Positions 33,576 through 41,878 of a DNA stretch of 64,000 nucleotides are shown piece by piece. The notes beneath the pieces were generated by a model, which was not told the origin of the DNA, did no database searches, and saw only the letters and a list, made by a program, of their open reading frames with translations. Position numbers and translations under genes: made by a program. Each line of letters opens with the position of its first letter. Within the stretch, counting starts at the first letter, position 1. Source of the stretch: Eubacteriales bacterium (GTDB lineage: Bacteria > Bacillota > Clostridia > Oscillospirales > CAG-272); NCBI GenBank assembly GCA_045603085.1, contig JAZULL010000100.1, positions 1,808 through 65,807 of the forward strand, in the 5' to 3' direction.

Positions 33576-34034
33576 TTATTTTTGAAAATTTTCTTTTTCC
33601 TTACGCTTTTTCTCGGCGCGCTTTTCCAACGCGGGACGAATGACCTGCGTAAACAGCACCACACCGATCATGACACAGATCGAAAGACATGGCCACACGA
33701 TATAACCCTTGGTGGTCAGACACAGCACCAGCACAAAGATCAGAAGCGACAGCACAAACAGCGCGACCAGCCCCAGGGTGACCATATTGCGCTTTTTCTG
33801 CTGCTGTGCGCGGTACGCCTGCACCTCGCTGTTGTTGGCATCGGCATTCTCGGCAGCCATTTTTTCAAGCCGCGCGATCTCCTTGGAATACCGTTCAAAC
33901 AGCTCGTCCGCATCGCGGAAGCCGTGAATCTTCTGAAGCAGCGAGAGCGAGCGGTAATACTCGTGCACCGCGCAGGGCTCAGGCTGTGTAGCGTCGAGAT
34001 ATATCTGCAATTTTTCGTCTTCGGTATAACTCAT
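33576..34034 (-). CDS. hypothetical membrane protein (152 aa)
   Basis: AGGAG RBS. Soluble N-terminal helical part, two TM helices and a Lys-rich tail. Confidence 0.55.
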   Translation of the reverse strand: MSYTEDEKLQIYLDATQPEPCAVHEYYRSLSLLQKIHGFRDADELFERYSKEIARLEKMAAENADANNSEVQAYRAQQQKKRNMVTLGLVALFVLSLLIFVLVLCLTTKGYIVWPCLSICVMIGVVLFTQVIRPALEKRAEKKRKEKENFQK

Positions 34035-34130
34035 GAACTTCTCCTGTCAAAAAAGCATAGTTTTTTCCATTATATCATATTTTGAAGAAAATCTCAATAG
34101 GGTTTTGCAAAAATCCCTTATATATCATAG

Positions 34131-34165
34131 AAAAAAAGCCCTTTGCGCATGCAAAGGGCTTTTTT
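34131..34165. terminator. bidirectional intrinsic terminator
   Basis: AAAAAAAGCCCTTTGC-GCAT-GCAAAGGGCTTTTTT. Confidence 0.8.
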
Positions 34166-34173
34166 CTTGGCGG

Positions 34174-34968
34174 TTACTCGGGGAGATATTCGGCAAAGGG
34201 CAGTCCGGGCCACTCAAAGATCTCCTCAACCTTCTCGTAGTGATAATAGAACTCGCTCTTGGGGTCATCGCTCGGAGTCATCAGATACCGGCCGGGGGCA
34301 AAGCCCTCTTGCTCGGTCATGATCCAAACGTAGGTGTCCTCCAACCCGCTGATATAGTCCAGCTCGTAAATATCGGAATAATAGGCATAGCCGATGATCT
34401 CGCTGACGGGAGCCTGATCGTCATACACCACGCCGTAATTGAACACGAAATCGCAGTTTTTCCAGTTGTAGTAGATGCGGTAGAATTCGCCATCCTCGGG
34501 AATGGTCAGCCTCAGACAAATATCAATGTCCTCGGAAATGCTGATCGAGCCGCCCCAGCCTGCCAGATAATCCACAGCGTCCTGCACGCAGGAGAATTCC
34601 TCTCCGTCATCCGTACGGCAAATGGTATAGCCAAAGTCATATCTGCCGTCGTAGCACTTAGTCATGCCGTCATACGACGTACCAACCTCGATCAGATTGA
34701 GATAGGGGTTATTGGGATCGTCATCCGCAAAATCGTCGCGGCCAAGCTGATCATTTCCCTGCTCGCCGGAGTCGGTGGGGGCTTCGGTGGGAGTCTCGGT
34801 CTCGGTTTCGGTGGGGGTTTCGGTCGGGGTCTCGGTCGGGGCTTCGGTAGGCGCCTCGGTGGTGGGTTCGGGGGTGGTCTGTTCGGGGGTCTTGCCCTGA
34901 TCGCAGGCAACAAGTGCCAGCATCAGCACTGCGCAAAGCAGAAGGGATACAATGCCGGTCTTTCTCAT
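34174..34968 (-). CDS. hypothetical lipoprotein with a (TE[AT]P)n linker
   Basis: Lipobox LVAC and linker TTEAPTEAPTETPTETPTETETETPTEAP. The Cys/Tyr/Asp-rich globular part was not recognised. Confidence 0.75.
   Translation of the reverse strand: MRKTGIVSLLLCAVLMLALVACDQGKTPEQTTPEPTTEAPTEAPTETPTETPTETETETPTEAPTDSGEQGNDQLGRDDFADDDPNNPYLNLIEVGTSYDGMTKCYDGRYDFGYTICRTDDGEEFSCVQDAVDYLAGWGGSISISEDIDICLRLTIPEDGEFYRIYYNWKNCDFVFNYGVVYDDQAPVSEIIGYAYYSDIYELDYISGLEDTYVWIMTEQEGFAPGRYLMTPSDDPKSEFYYHYEKVEEIFEWPGLPFAEYLPE
34774..34869. repeat. imperfect 12-nt tandem repeat (about 8 units) inside the lipoprotein gene
   Basis: Units run GGTGGGGGCTTC / GGTGGGAGTCTC / GGTCTCGGTTTC / GGTGGGGGTTTC / GGTCGGGGTCTC / GGTCGGGGCTTC and onward. 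They encode TEAP/TETP on the minus strand. Confidence 0.8.
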
Positions 34969-35051
34969 ACTTACCTCCTTATCCGGTATTCTGTCTTTTT
35001 ATTATATCATTTTTACAGACTTCTGTCAATTGACTTCCGAAATATCCCGAA

Positions 35052-35088
35052 GAAAAAAAGAATACCCGCACACCTTGCGGTGTGCGGG
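35052..35088 (-). terminator. intrinsic terminator of the ispH-S1 gene
   Basis: CCCGCACACC-GCAA-GGTGTGCGGG on the minus strand, followed by TATTCTTTTTTTCT. Confidence 0.85.
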
Positions 35089-35105
35089 AAACTATTCTTA
35101 CTGAA

Positions 35106-37118
35106 TTATTCAGCGTCGGTAGCCTCGACTACTTCCTCTTCAGCCTCCAGCTCAGCCTTTGCCTCCTCCAGCAGTGCGCGGATGGAGAGGTTGACCTTCT
35201 GCTTCTCGTTGTCGATGTCAACGATCTTGGCATCAACGGTCTGACCGATCTGCAGAACCTCTTCAGGCTTGTTGATTCTGGTCATAGCGATCTGAGAAAT
35301 GTGGATCAGGCCGTCTACACCGTCAACGATCTCTGCAAATGCGCCGAAGGGCATCATGTTCACGATCTTAACGGATGCAACGTCACCTACTGCATAAGTA
35401 TGTGTGAAGATGTACCAGGGGTTGGTCTGCTCGGTCTTGTAGCCCAGAGCAATTCTCTTCTTTTCCTTATCAAAGCTCTTGACGTAAACAGTCAGCACGT
35501 CGCCGATTGCAACAACGTCAGCAGGAGACTTGATTCTCTTCCAGGACAGCTCAGACTGGTGAACCATACCGTCAACGCCACCAAGGTCGATGAACGCGCC
35601 GTAAGAGGTCAGGCTCTTAACGGTACCGGTGTAGGTCTTGCCCTCTTCGATCTCGTTCCAGAAAGCTTCCTCACGAGCCTTGCGCTCGTCTCTCTGTACC
35701 AGGCGGATAGAGCCCTTAGCTCTCTTGCCCTCACGGATCTCAATGATTCTCAGCTTAACGGTGGTGTTCAGAAGGGTGTTCAGGTCGCCTTCCTTCGGAA
35801 CGCCGGTCTGGGATGCGTGTACGAATACACGGTTGCCCTCAACGGATACGATGATGCCGCCCTTAACGACCTCGATGACAATGCCTTCCAGCACTTCCTC
35901 GGTGTCCTTAGCTGCTACGATCTTGTACCAGCTCTTGTCGGAATCAACGCGCTTCTTGGACAGTTCAGCAACTCCCTCGATGTCGCTGACACGAATGACA
36001 AAGGCATCTACCTTGTCACCTCTGTGGAATCTGTCAGTCAACTTTTCGGGAGAATCATCAACTTGCTCGGCCTTGATGTAACCCGTAACGCCTGCGCCGA
36101 GGTCCAGCTGGATCTCTGCATCGGTAACGTATTCAACGGTTCCGGTAACGACATCTCCTGTATTTAAAGTTTTGAGTGATGATTCCAACAGCTCTTCAAA
36201 GTTTTCTACAACTTCGCTCATGGTTTTTTCTACCTCCTCAATTATATCGCGCGGTGTTGAGGCACCTGCCGCGATCCCCACCCTTTGGTGAGTAAACGGA
36301 CCATACGCAGAAAGCTGTGCGGCACTTTCAACCATATAGGTATCGGGACACGCGCTCTTACTGATATGGTACAGTTTTGTCGAATTTGAACTGCTCCGAC
36401 TTCCTATCACAATCATGCAATCACACGCGCTCGCAAGGCTTGCAACCTCTTTCTGGCGAATTTCCGTGATACTACATATTGTATCAAAAATTATCGGATT
36501 TGTATATAGTTTTTTGATAAATTCTTTTGTTTTCAACCATTCGCCCAATTTTTGGGTGGTTTGAGCTACCATAATTGGTACTTTTGCGCATACGTTTTGC
36601 CATTTTTCGGGAGTCAGGATACGCTCGAGCTCTTCAAGGTCAGAAAACACGATTTTTTCGCCGTCAAAGCGCGAGAGAAAGCCAACCACCTCGGGGTGAT
36701 CCGCCGCGCCCAGCACGTACAGAACGTGCTCGGGGGAGTTGTGCTCCGCCACGATATGATGGATCTTGCGCACAAACGAGCAGGTGCAATCCACAAAGGA
36801 AAAACAGGGATTTTTCGCATGGCACTCGGCCAGCCTTTGCTCGGTCTGCTTTGTCATACCGTGCGCGCGCACGAACACCTTGACGGGGGCACTCTTGCAG
36901 GCCTCGGTACAAAGTCGATCCAGATCCTGTTCGCTCGCCACAAGAACGCCCTGCGCCTCCAGACGTGCGATATAGGTATCGTTATGGATCAGCCTTCCCA
37001 GCGTGAAAATGCGCGTACCGGGCGCATGCTCGGCGATCTCGCGCTCAATGGCCTCGGCCGCGCGACCCACGCCAAAGCAAAAGCCCGCGTGCTTGGCCAC
37101 GATCACTTCTCTGTTCAT
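35106..37118 (-). CDS. ispH: bifunctional 4-hydroxy-3-methylbut-2-enyl diphosphate reductase / ribosomal protein S1-domain fusion
   Basis: 670 aa. N-terminal LytB part (HAGFCFGV...) followed by four S1-like repeats (GDVVTGTVEYV, GIVIEVVKGG, YTGTVKSLTSYGAFIDL, ASVKIVNMMPFGAFAEI). Confidence 0.9.
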   Translation of the reverse strand: MNREVIVAKHAGFCFGVGRAAEAIEREIAEHAPGTRIFTLGRLIHNDTYIARLEAQGVLVASEQDLDRLCTEACKSAPVKVFVRAHGMTKQTEQRLAECHAKNPCFSFVDCTCSFVRKIHHIVAEHNSPEHVLYVLGAADHPEVVGFLSRFDGEKIVFSDLEELERILTPEKWQNVCAKVPIMVAQTTQKLGEWLKTKEFIKKLYTNPIIFDTICSITEIRQKEVASLASACDCMIVIGSRSSSNSTKLYHISKSACPDTYMVESAAQLSAYGPFTHQRVGIAAGASTPRDIIEEVEKTMSEVVENFEELLESSLKTLNTGDVVTGTVEYVTDAEIQLDLGAGVTGYIKAEQVDDSPEKLTDRFHRGDKVDAFVIRVSDIEGVAELSKKRVDSDKSWYKIVAAKDTEEVLEGIVIEVVKGGIIVSVEGNRVFVHASQTGVPKEGDLNTLLNTTVKLRIIEIREGKRAKGSIRLVQRDERKAREEAFWNEIEEGKTYTGTVKSLTSYGAFIDLGGVDGMVHQSELSWKRIKSPADVVAIGDVLTVYVKSFDKEKKRIALGYKTEQTNPWYIFTHTYAVGDVASVKIVNMMPFGAFAEIVDGVDGLIHISQIAMTRINKPEEVLQIGQTVDAKIVDIDNEKQKVNLSIRALLEEAKAELEAEEEVVEATDAE

Positions 37119-37756
37119 GCCTCGTCCCTCTTCTCGCTCATGAATTGCTCGCCCAGCGTGCAGATGCGGTCAAACACCTTTTCGGTAATGGCCGTGTATT
37201 CCGCCGTGCCCGAAAGACCTGCGCTGTATTCCTCATACGTCATAGGCTTGCCGATCACGATATCCAGTCTGTGGCCAAGCTTATATTTGTAATCCTTCAT
37301 GCAAAGATAGCACGGCAAAACCGTCGCACGTGTGCGCGAGGCGATCATGCCAATGCCGTGGTGGATCTCGGTTTCTCTGGGGTTGACGCCCACGTTACGG
37401 TGTCCCTGCGGAAAAATACCCACGCATTTCCCTTCCTTGAGCAGGGCAATGCTCTTCTTGATGGCAGATACGTCCAAGCCGCCGCGGTCCACCGGGAATG
37501 CTCCCAGCCCCTTGATCAGCCAGTTCAACAGAGGTACACGGAACAGCTCCTTTTTGGCCATAAAGTGCGGTTGCTGCTTGCTTGTGGCGGCACAAAGAAA
37601 GATGGGATCGGCAAACACGGTATGGTTGCTGCAGATAATATAAGGCCCTTCGGACGCTGCAGGCTCATGCTCTGCCCCATGCACGCGAACGCGAAGCAGC
37701 CACATAAAGGGCTTACGCAACGTGCCCTGAAACACTCTGTAAAAGCCGCTCTTCAT
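37115..37756 (-). CDS. plsC: 1-acyl-sn-glycerol-3-phosphate acyltransferase family protein
   Basis: HX4D motif CSNHTVFAD and the GIFPQGHR motif. ATG 37756 avoids overlap with cmk, whereas the ORF-track start at 37828 overlaps it. ATGA overlap with ispH. Confidence 0.8.
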   Translation of the reverse strand: MKSGFYRVFQGTLRKPFMWLLRVRVHGAEHEPAASEGPYIICSNHTVFADPIFLCAATSKQQPHFMAKKELFRVPLLNWLIKGLGAFPVDRGGLDVSAIKKSIALLKEGKCVGIFPQGHRNVGVNPRETEIHHGIGMIASRTRATVLPCYLCMKDYKYKLGHRLDIVIGKPMTYEEYSAGLSGTAEYTAITEKVFDRICTLGEQFMSEKRDEA

Positions 37757-37757
37757 A

Positions 37758-38441
37758 TCAAAGGTTCTCCAGCTTATCGCCAAGGCGTTCCTTGATAAAC
37801 GCCAGCAGGCTCTCAAGGCTCTCTTCAAAGGTCAGACCCGAGTTATCGTACATCACGGCATCCTCTGCGGGAACGGCGGGGGCAATATCGCGGCCTGCGT
37901 CCTGTGCGTCGCGTGCCATCATTTCCTCCATGACCTGCTCCAGCGTGACGTCCTGACCCTTCTCTCGCAGCTCCAGATATCTGCGCTTGGCGCGGGTCTC
38001 GGGAGATGCGGTCATAAAGATCTTGAGGTCTGCATTGGGCAGAATAACTGTACCGATGTCGCGGCCGTCCATGATCACGCTGTTCTTGCGCGCGATCTCC
38101 TTCTGCGTCTCCAGCAAAAATGCTCTGACCTCGGGGATCTTGGAAACGGTGGAGGCGTACATGGAGATCTCGGGCTCGCGGATGCGATCACCGGGATTGA
38201 CGCCGTTGAGATAAATATTCTGCACGCCATTCTCAAATCTGACCTCGATGTGGATCTCGGGCAACAGCGCGCACACAGCCGCCGTGTCCTCGGCGGCAAA
38301 GCCGCGGTCACGGACGTAAAGCCCCACCGTGCGATACATCGCACCGGTGTCCACGTATACGATGCCAAGCCTCTTGGCAATGGCCTTGGAAAGTGTGGTC
38401 TTACCGGCTCCGCCCGGTCCGTCTATAGCAATCTGAATCAT
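37758..38441 (-). CDS. cmk: cytidylate kinase
   Basis: IAIDGPGGAGKTT P-loop, YVDTGAMYR and MDGRDIGT motifs. Confidence 0.92.
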   Translation of the reverse strand: MIQIAIDGPGGAGKTTLSKAIAKRLGIVYVDTGAMYRTVGLYVRDRGFAAEDTAAVCALLPEIHIEVRFENGVQNIYLNGVNPGDRIREPEISMYASTVSKIPEVRAFLLETQKEIARKNSVIMDGRDIGTVILPNADLKIFMTASPETRAKRRYLELREKGQDVTLEQVMEEMMARDAQDAGRDIAPAVPAEDAVMYDNSGLTFEESLESLLAFIKERLGDKLENL

Positions 38442-38457
38442 AGTAAGCTCCTTGAAA

Positions 38458-39717
38458 TTAATAATCGGTAGCGGCGCTCTGGCCTGCTAAGTGCCCGGTG
38501 GAAAACGCGATCTGCAGATTAAAGCCGCCCGTGTAGGCGTCCACGTCCAACACCTCGCCTGCAAAATACAAGCCACCCACCAGCTTGGACTGCATGCTCG
38601 CGGGATTGATCTGGCCGACGTCCACACCGCCCTTGGTCACGATGGCCTCGTCGATGGGGCGGAATCCGTACAGCTTGATCGGAAAGGCCTTGAGCAATGC
38701 GCCCAGCGCATGCCTCTCGGCGGCTGTGACGGAATTGACCTTCTTGCGCGGGTCAATGCCCGAGCAGGACACCACGGTCTCGATCATCTTCTGCGGCAAA
38801 AGGTCGCCAAGACTGTTAAGAAAATCCTTGTTCTGATATTTTGCGAAATCCGAAAGCAGGCGCGCATCCAGCGTTTTTTCGTCGAGCGCGGGCTTGAGAT
38901 CGATATATGCGGTATATTTGCCCTGTGCGATATCCGGCAGATGTGCCGAGGCGCTCAGGATCATGGGGCCGGTCAGCCCGAAATGCGTGAACATCATCTC
39001 GCCAAAGTCACGGTAGACCACCTTACCCGAGGCGTTATCCTTGACGGACAGCCCCACGTTACGCAGGGACAGCCCCTGCATATCGCGACACACGTGCCCT
39101 TCGCAGGTAATGGGTACGAGTGAGGGGAGTAGACGGGTGACCTTGTGCCCTGCCTGCGCGGCCAGCTTGTAGCCGTCGCCGTCCGAGCCGGTCAAGGGAT
39201 AGGACTTGCCGCCCGTGCACACAATGACGCGGTCAAATTCATAAGGCTTGTCGGTATACAGACCGTGAACGCAGCCGTCGTCGATCAAGAGCGACTTGAC
39301 GCGCTCGGTGACGACCTTGACGCCCGCGTCCTGCACGGCGCGCTTCATGGCGTTCACAATATCAATGGCCTTATCCGACTCGGGGAAAACGCGGTTGCCT
39401 CGCTCGGTTTTGAGCGGCACGCCGAGATCCTCGAAAAAGGCCTTGGTGTCGGCCGTGGTAAACGAAGCCAGCGCGGCATAGAGAAAGCGTGGGTTGGTGG
39501 GCACGTTGGAAAGGAAGGTGTCACGGTCGCAATCGTTGGTGACGTTGCATCTTCCCTTGCCCGTGATGCGGAGCTTTTTGCCAAGGCGGTCGTTACGCTC
39601 AAACAGCATGACCGCAGCTCCCATATTGGCGGCAGACACGGCTGCCATCATACCTGCGGCACCGCCGCCCACAACCGCTACGCGGATGGGTGAATAATCG
39701 GTATATTCCATACTCAC
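38458..39717 (-). CDS. HI0933/YhiN-family FAD-dependent oxidoreductase
   Basis: VAVVGGGAAGMMAA dinucleotide-binding motif, KLRITGKGRCNVTN and the C-terminal GGFNLQ.A...G. Confidence 0.8.
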   Translation of the reverse strand: MSMEYTDYSPIRVAVVGGGAAGMMAAVSAANMGAAVMLFERNDRLGKKLRITGKGRCNVTNDCDRDTFLSNVPTNPRFLYAALASFTTADTKAFFEDLGVPLKTERGNRVFPESDKAIDIVNAMKRAVQDAGVKVVTERVKSLLIDDGCVHGLYTDKPYEFDRVIVCTGGKSYPLTGSDGDGYKLAAQAGHKVTRLLPSLVPITCEGHVCRDMQGLSLRNVGLSVKDNASGKVVYRDFGEMMFTHFGLTGPMILSASAHLPDIAQGKYTAYIDLKPALDEKTLDARLLSDFAKYQNKDFLNSLGDLLPQKMIETVVSCSGIDPRKKVNSVTAAERHALGALLKAFPIKLYGFRPIDEAIVTKGGVDVGQINPASMQSKLVGGLYFAGEVLDVDAYTGGFNLQIAFSTGHLAGQSAATDY

Positions 39718-40577
39718 TGCTGGGTCTTGTCGTAAATATCGTATTCGTCCCAGATGACCTCAAGCTGGCGCAGTCTTTCGGTGACCTGATCCTGGCAGGC
39801 GCGGGAGACCGCAACCACCAGCGCGTTGATCACGCTCAAAGGGGCGACCAGCGAATCTACAAAGGAGGCCATATCGCTCTGTGCGACCAGCAGCTGGTCG
39901 GCACTTACGGCCAAGGGGGACTCGACGCTGTCGGTCAGACAAATGACGTCCGCACCCTGCTTGTGCGCATACTCGGTGGCCTTGATGATTCTCTTGGAAT
40001 ATCTGGGGAAGCTGATGGCGATCAGCGTGTCCTTATGGTTGATGTTGAGCATTTGCTCAAATACCTCCGCACCCGACGAGGTCTGCACAAATCTGACGTT
40101 GCCGAAGATCATGCGCAGGGAGTGGTCGAGAAAGCTTGCCAGCGAGGAGGAGGAGCGAACACCTAAAATGTAAATATTCTCGGCGCCTACGATGTGCGAA
40201 ACAGCCGCGTCAAACGCCTCGCGGTCAATGCCGTCCAGTGTCTTGCGGATCTTTTCCGCATCGGATTCCAGCACCTTGGAGAGCACGTCGCCCTTGCCGA
40301 TCAGATTGTTGGTGACTTCAATACGCTGGAAGGAGGTCAGCTTGGTGCGGATCAGCTCCTGCAACGATTTCTGGAACTCGGGATATCCCTCGTAGCCCAA
40401 CTCAATAACAAAACGTACCACAGTAGATTCGGACACACCGACAGCCTGCCCCAGCTTGGAGGCCGTCATATAAGCCGCCTTGTCGTATTCCTTCAGAATA
40501 AATTTGGCGATCAGCTTCTGTCCCTTGGAAAAGCCCTGCATGTTATCTTCAAGCAGTCTCAAAATATCTCTTTTCAT
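39714..40577 (-). CDS. MurR/RpiR-family transcriptional regulator
   Basis: N-terminal HTH (SKLGQAVGVSESTVVRFVIELGYEGY) plus a SIS domain (IYILGVRSSSSLA). Confidence 0.85.
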   Translation of the reverse strand: MKRDILRLLEDNMQGFSKGQKLIAKFILKEYDKAAYMTASKLGQAVGVSESTVVRFVIELGYEGYPEFQKSLQELIRTKLTSFQRIEVTNNLIGKGDVLSKVLESDAEKIRKTLDGIDREAFDAAVSHIVGAENIYILGVRSSSSLASFLDHSLRMIFGNVRFVQTSSGAEVFEQMLNINHKDTLIAISFPRYSKRIIKATEYAHKQGADVICLTDSVESPLAVSADQLLVAQSDMASFVDSLVAPLSVINALVVAVSRACQDQVTERLRQLEVIWDEYDIYDKTQQ

Positions 40578-40635
40578 GTCCCTTCCCTTTCAGATCAGCA
40601 AAAAAATAGGGGATGCTCATAGAATACCAATCTTA

Positions 40636-40664
40636 ATTATACACCTTTTTAAATTTTGTGTCAA
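40636..40664 (-). promoter_or_regulatory. consensus sigma-A promoter (TTGACA-17 nt-TATAAT) of the RpiR operon
   Basis: The minus strand reads TTGACA CAAAATTTAAAAAGGTG TATAAT. Confidence 0.7.
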
Positions 40665-40722
40665 GGCTTTTTGCAAGTCTCAGATGGTGAAATTGCAAAT
40701 AGCAAATTGACAGTAGCAAAAC

Positions 40723-40751
40723 AAACAGGACCGTTGTTCACGATCCTGTTT
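40723..40751 (-). terminator. intrinsic terminator after the GNAT gene
   Basis: ACAGGATCG / CGGTCCTGT stem (one mismatch) followed by GTTTTGCT on the minus strand. Confidence 0.55.
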
Positions 40752-40762
40752 TGTCATTTGTA

Positions 40763-41338
40763 TCAAGCCCTTTGGTATTCCCTTGCCAGCATGGAATACG
40801 TGCCCACGGTGCGGTACGCGCCCTTGACCAGCATGGCCTCGCGGCGCTCTCCCTCAAAGCTCATGCCAAGACGCTCCAGCAAAAGTTTTGAATGCTCGTT
40901 CCCTTTCAGGTACTTGGCCTCGATGCGGTGCAATTTCAGGGCGACAAAGCCAAATCTCAGCACCTCGCGCGCCGCCTCGGTGGCATAGCCTTGGCCGCCG
41001 AAATCGGGATGGAACACGTAGCCGATCTCACCCGAATCATTGGGAAAATCAAATCTGGTAAAGCCGCAAGAGCCGATCACGCGCCCGCTCTTTTTCTCCA
41101 CGACAGCCCAGTTGAAATAATCCCCCACGCTGTATCTCTGCCCCAGATAGCGCAGATAATCCACGGTGAAGGCGGGGGTAGGATGCGGCGTCCAGGTCAG
41201 AAACTCGGTCACATCCTCGCGGCAGGAATATGCATATACGTCATCCGCATCGCTGACCAGCATTTTGCGCAGGATCAGCCGCTCGGTCTCCAAGGTGGGA
41301 ATCTTTGAAAATATGCGATAGATACTCTCTTTTCTCAT
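40763..41338 (-). CDS. GNAT-family N-acetyltransferase (RimJ/RimL-like)
   Basis: ETERLILRKM, IGSCGF and GGQGYATEAAREVL motifs. GGAGAAGG precedes ATG 41338. Confidence 0.85.
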   Translation of the reverse strand: MRKESIYRIFSKIPTLETERLILRKMLVSDADDVYAYSCREDVTEFLTWTPHPTPAFTVDYLRYLGQRYSVGDYFNWAVVEKKSGRVIGSCGFTRFDFPNDSGEIGYVFHPDFGGQGYATEAAREVLRFGFVALKLHRIEAKYLKGNEHSKLLLERLGMSFEGERREAMLVKGAYRTVGTYSMLAREYQRA

Positions 41339-41491
41339 ACGTCCTTCTCCATGTGTAATTGTATTCATTATAACGGAGACCGCCGCCTTTTGCAAGTTTT
41401 TTCGCAAAATTCCCGAAAATATTATCTACGGGCATGACAAGCGGCTAAGTTTGTGATATAATAGATGAGATATCACCGAAAGGAGAACGCG

Positions 41492-41878
41492 ATGCATCAG
41501 CTGGAAAACGTTTTAGTCCCTGTCATGCTGGGAAATTCCATACAAGCCCCTCTGCTTGCGCGCCGTCTTTGGCGAAAATATCGCGTGGTCTCCCACGTGT
41601 TTGCATCTCACCCCTTCTGGCTGTGCCACCTTTTACACTACGTGCGCGTAGTGCGCCTGCCCGACTACATGCAGGGAGAGTTGCTTTGGTGCGATTTGCG
41701 CGAATTTGCCGAGCAATATCCCGATCTTTTGTTTTGTCTGATCCCCTGCGACGATGCGGCTCGGCATTTCTGCTATGCACATGCCACCGAGATCGAGCCC
41801 TACTATATGACGGTGCTGCCCGAGCAGCTGAGCGCCGACACCCTGCCCTATCTTTGTAAGGAGGAGCTCCCTATATGA
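41492..41878 (+). CDS. hypothetical protein (128 aa) translationally coupled to the second murE
   Basis: AAAGGAG lies 7 nt before ATG 41492. ATGA overlap with murE at 41875. No family was recognised. Confidence 0.55.
   Translation: MHQLENVLVPVMLGNSIQAPLLARRLWRKYRVVSHVFASHPFWLCHLLHYVRVVRLPDYMQGELLWCDLREFAEQYPDLLFCLIPCDDAARHFCYAHATEIEPYYMTVLPEQLSADTLPYLCKEELPI

Noticed and set aside
35106-37118. The IspH-S1 fusion as a novelty.
   Set aside because: This fusion, and the cmk-plsC-ispH/S1 neighbourhood, is a well-known arrangement in Clostridia, so it is recorded only as a feature.
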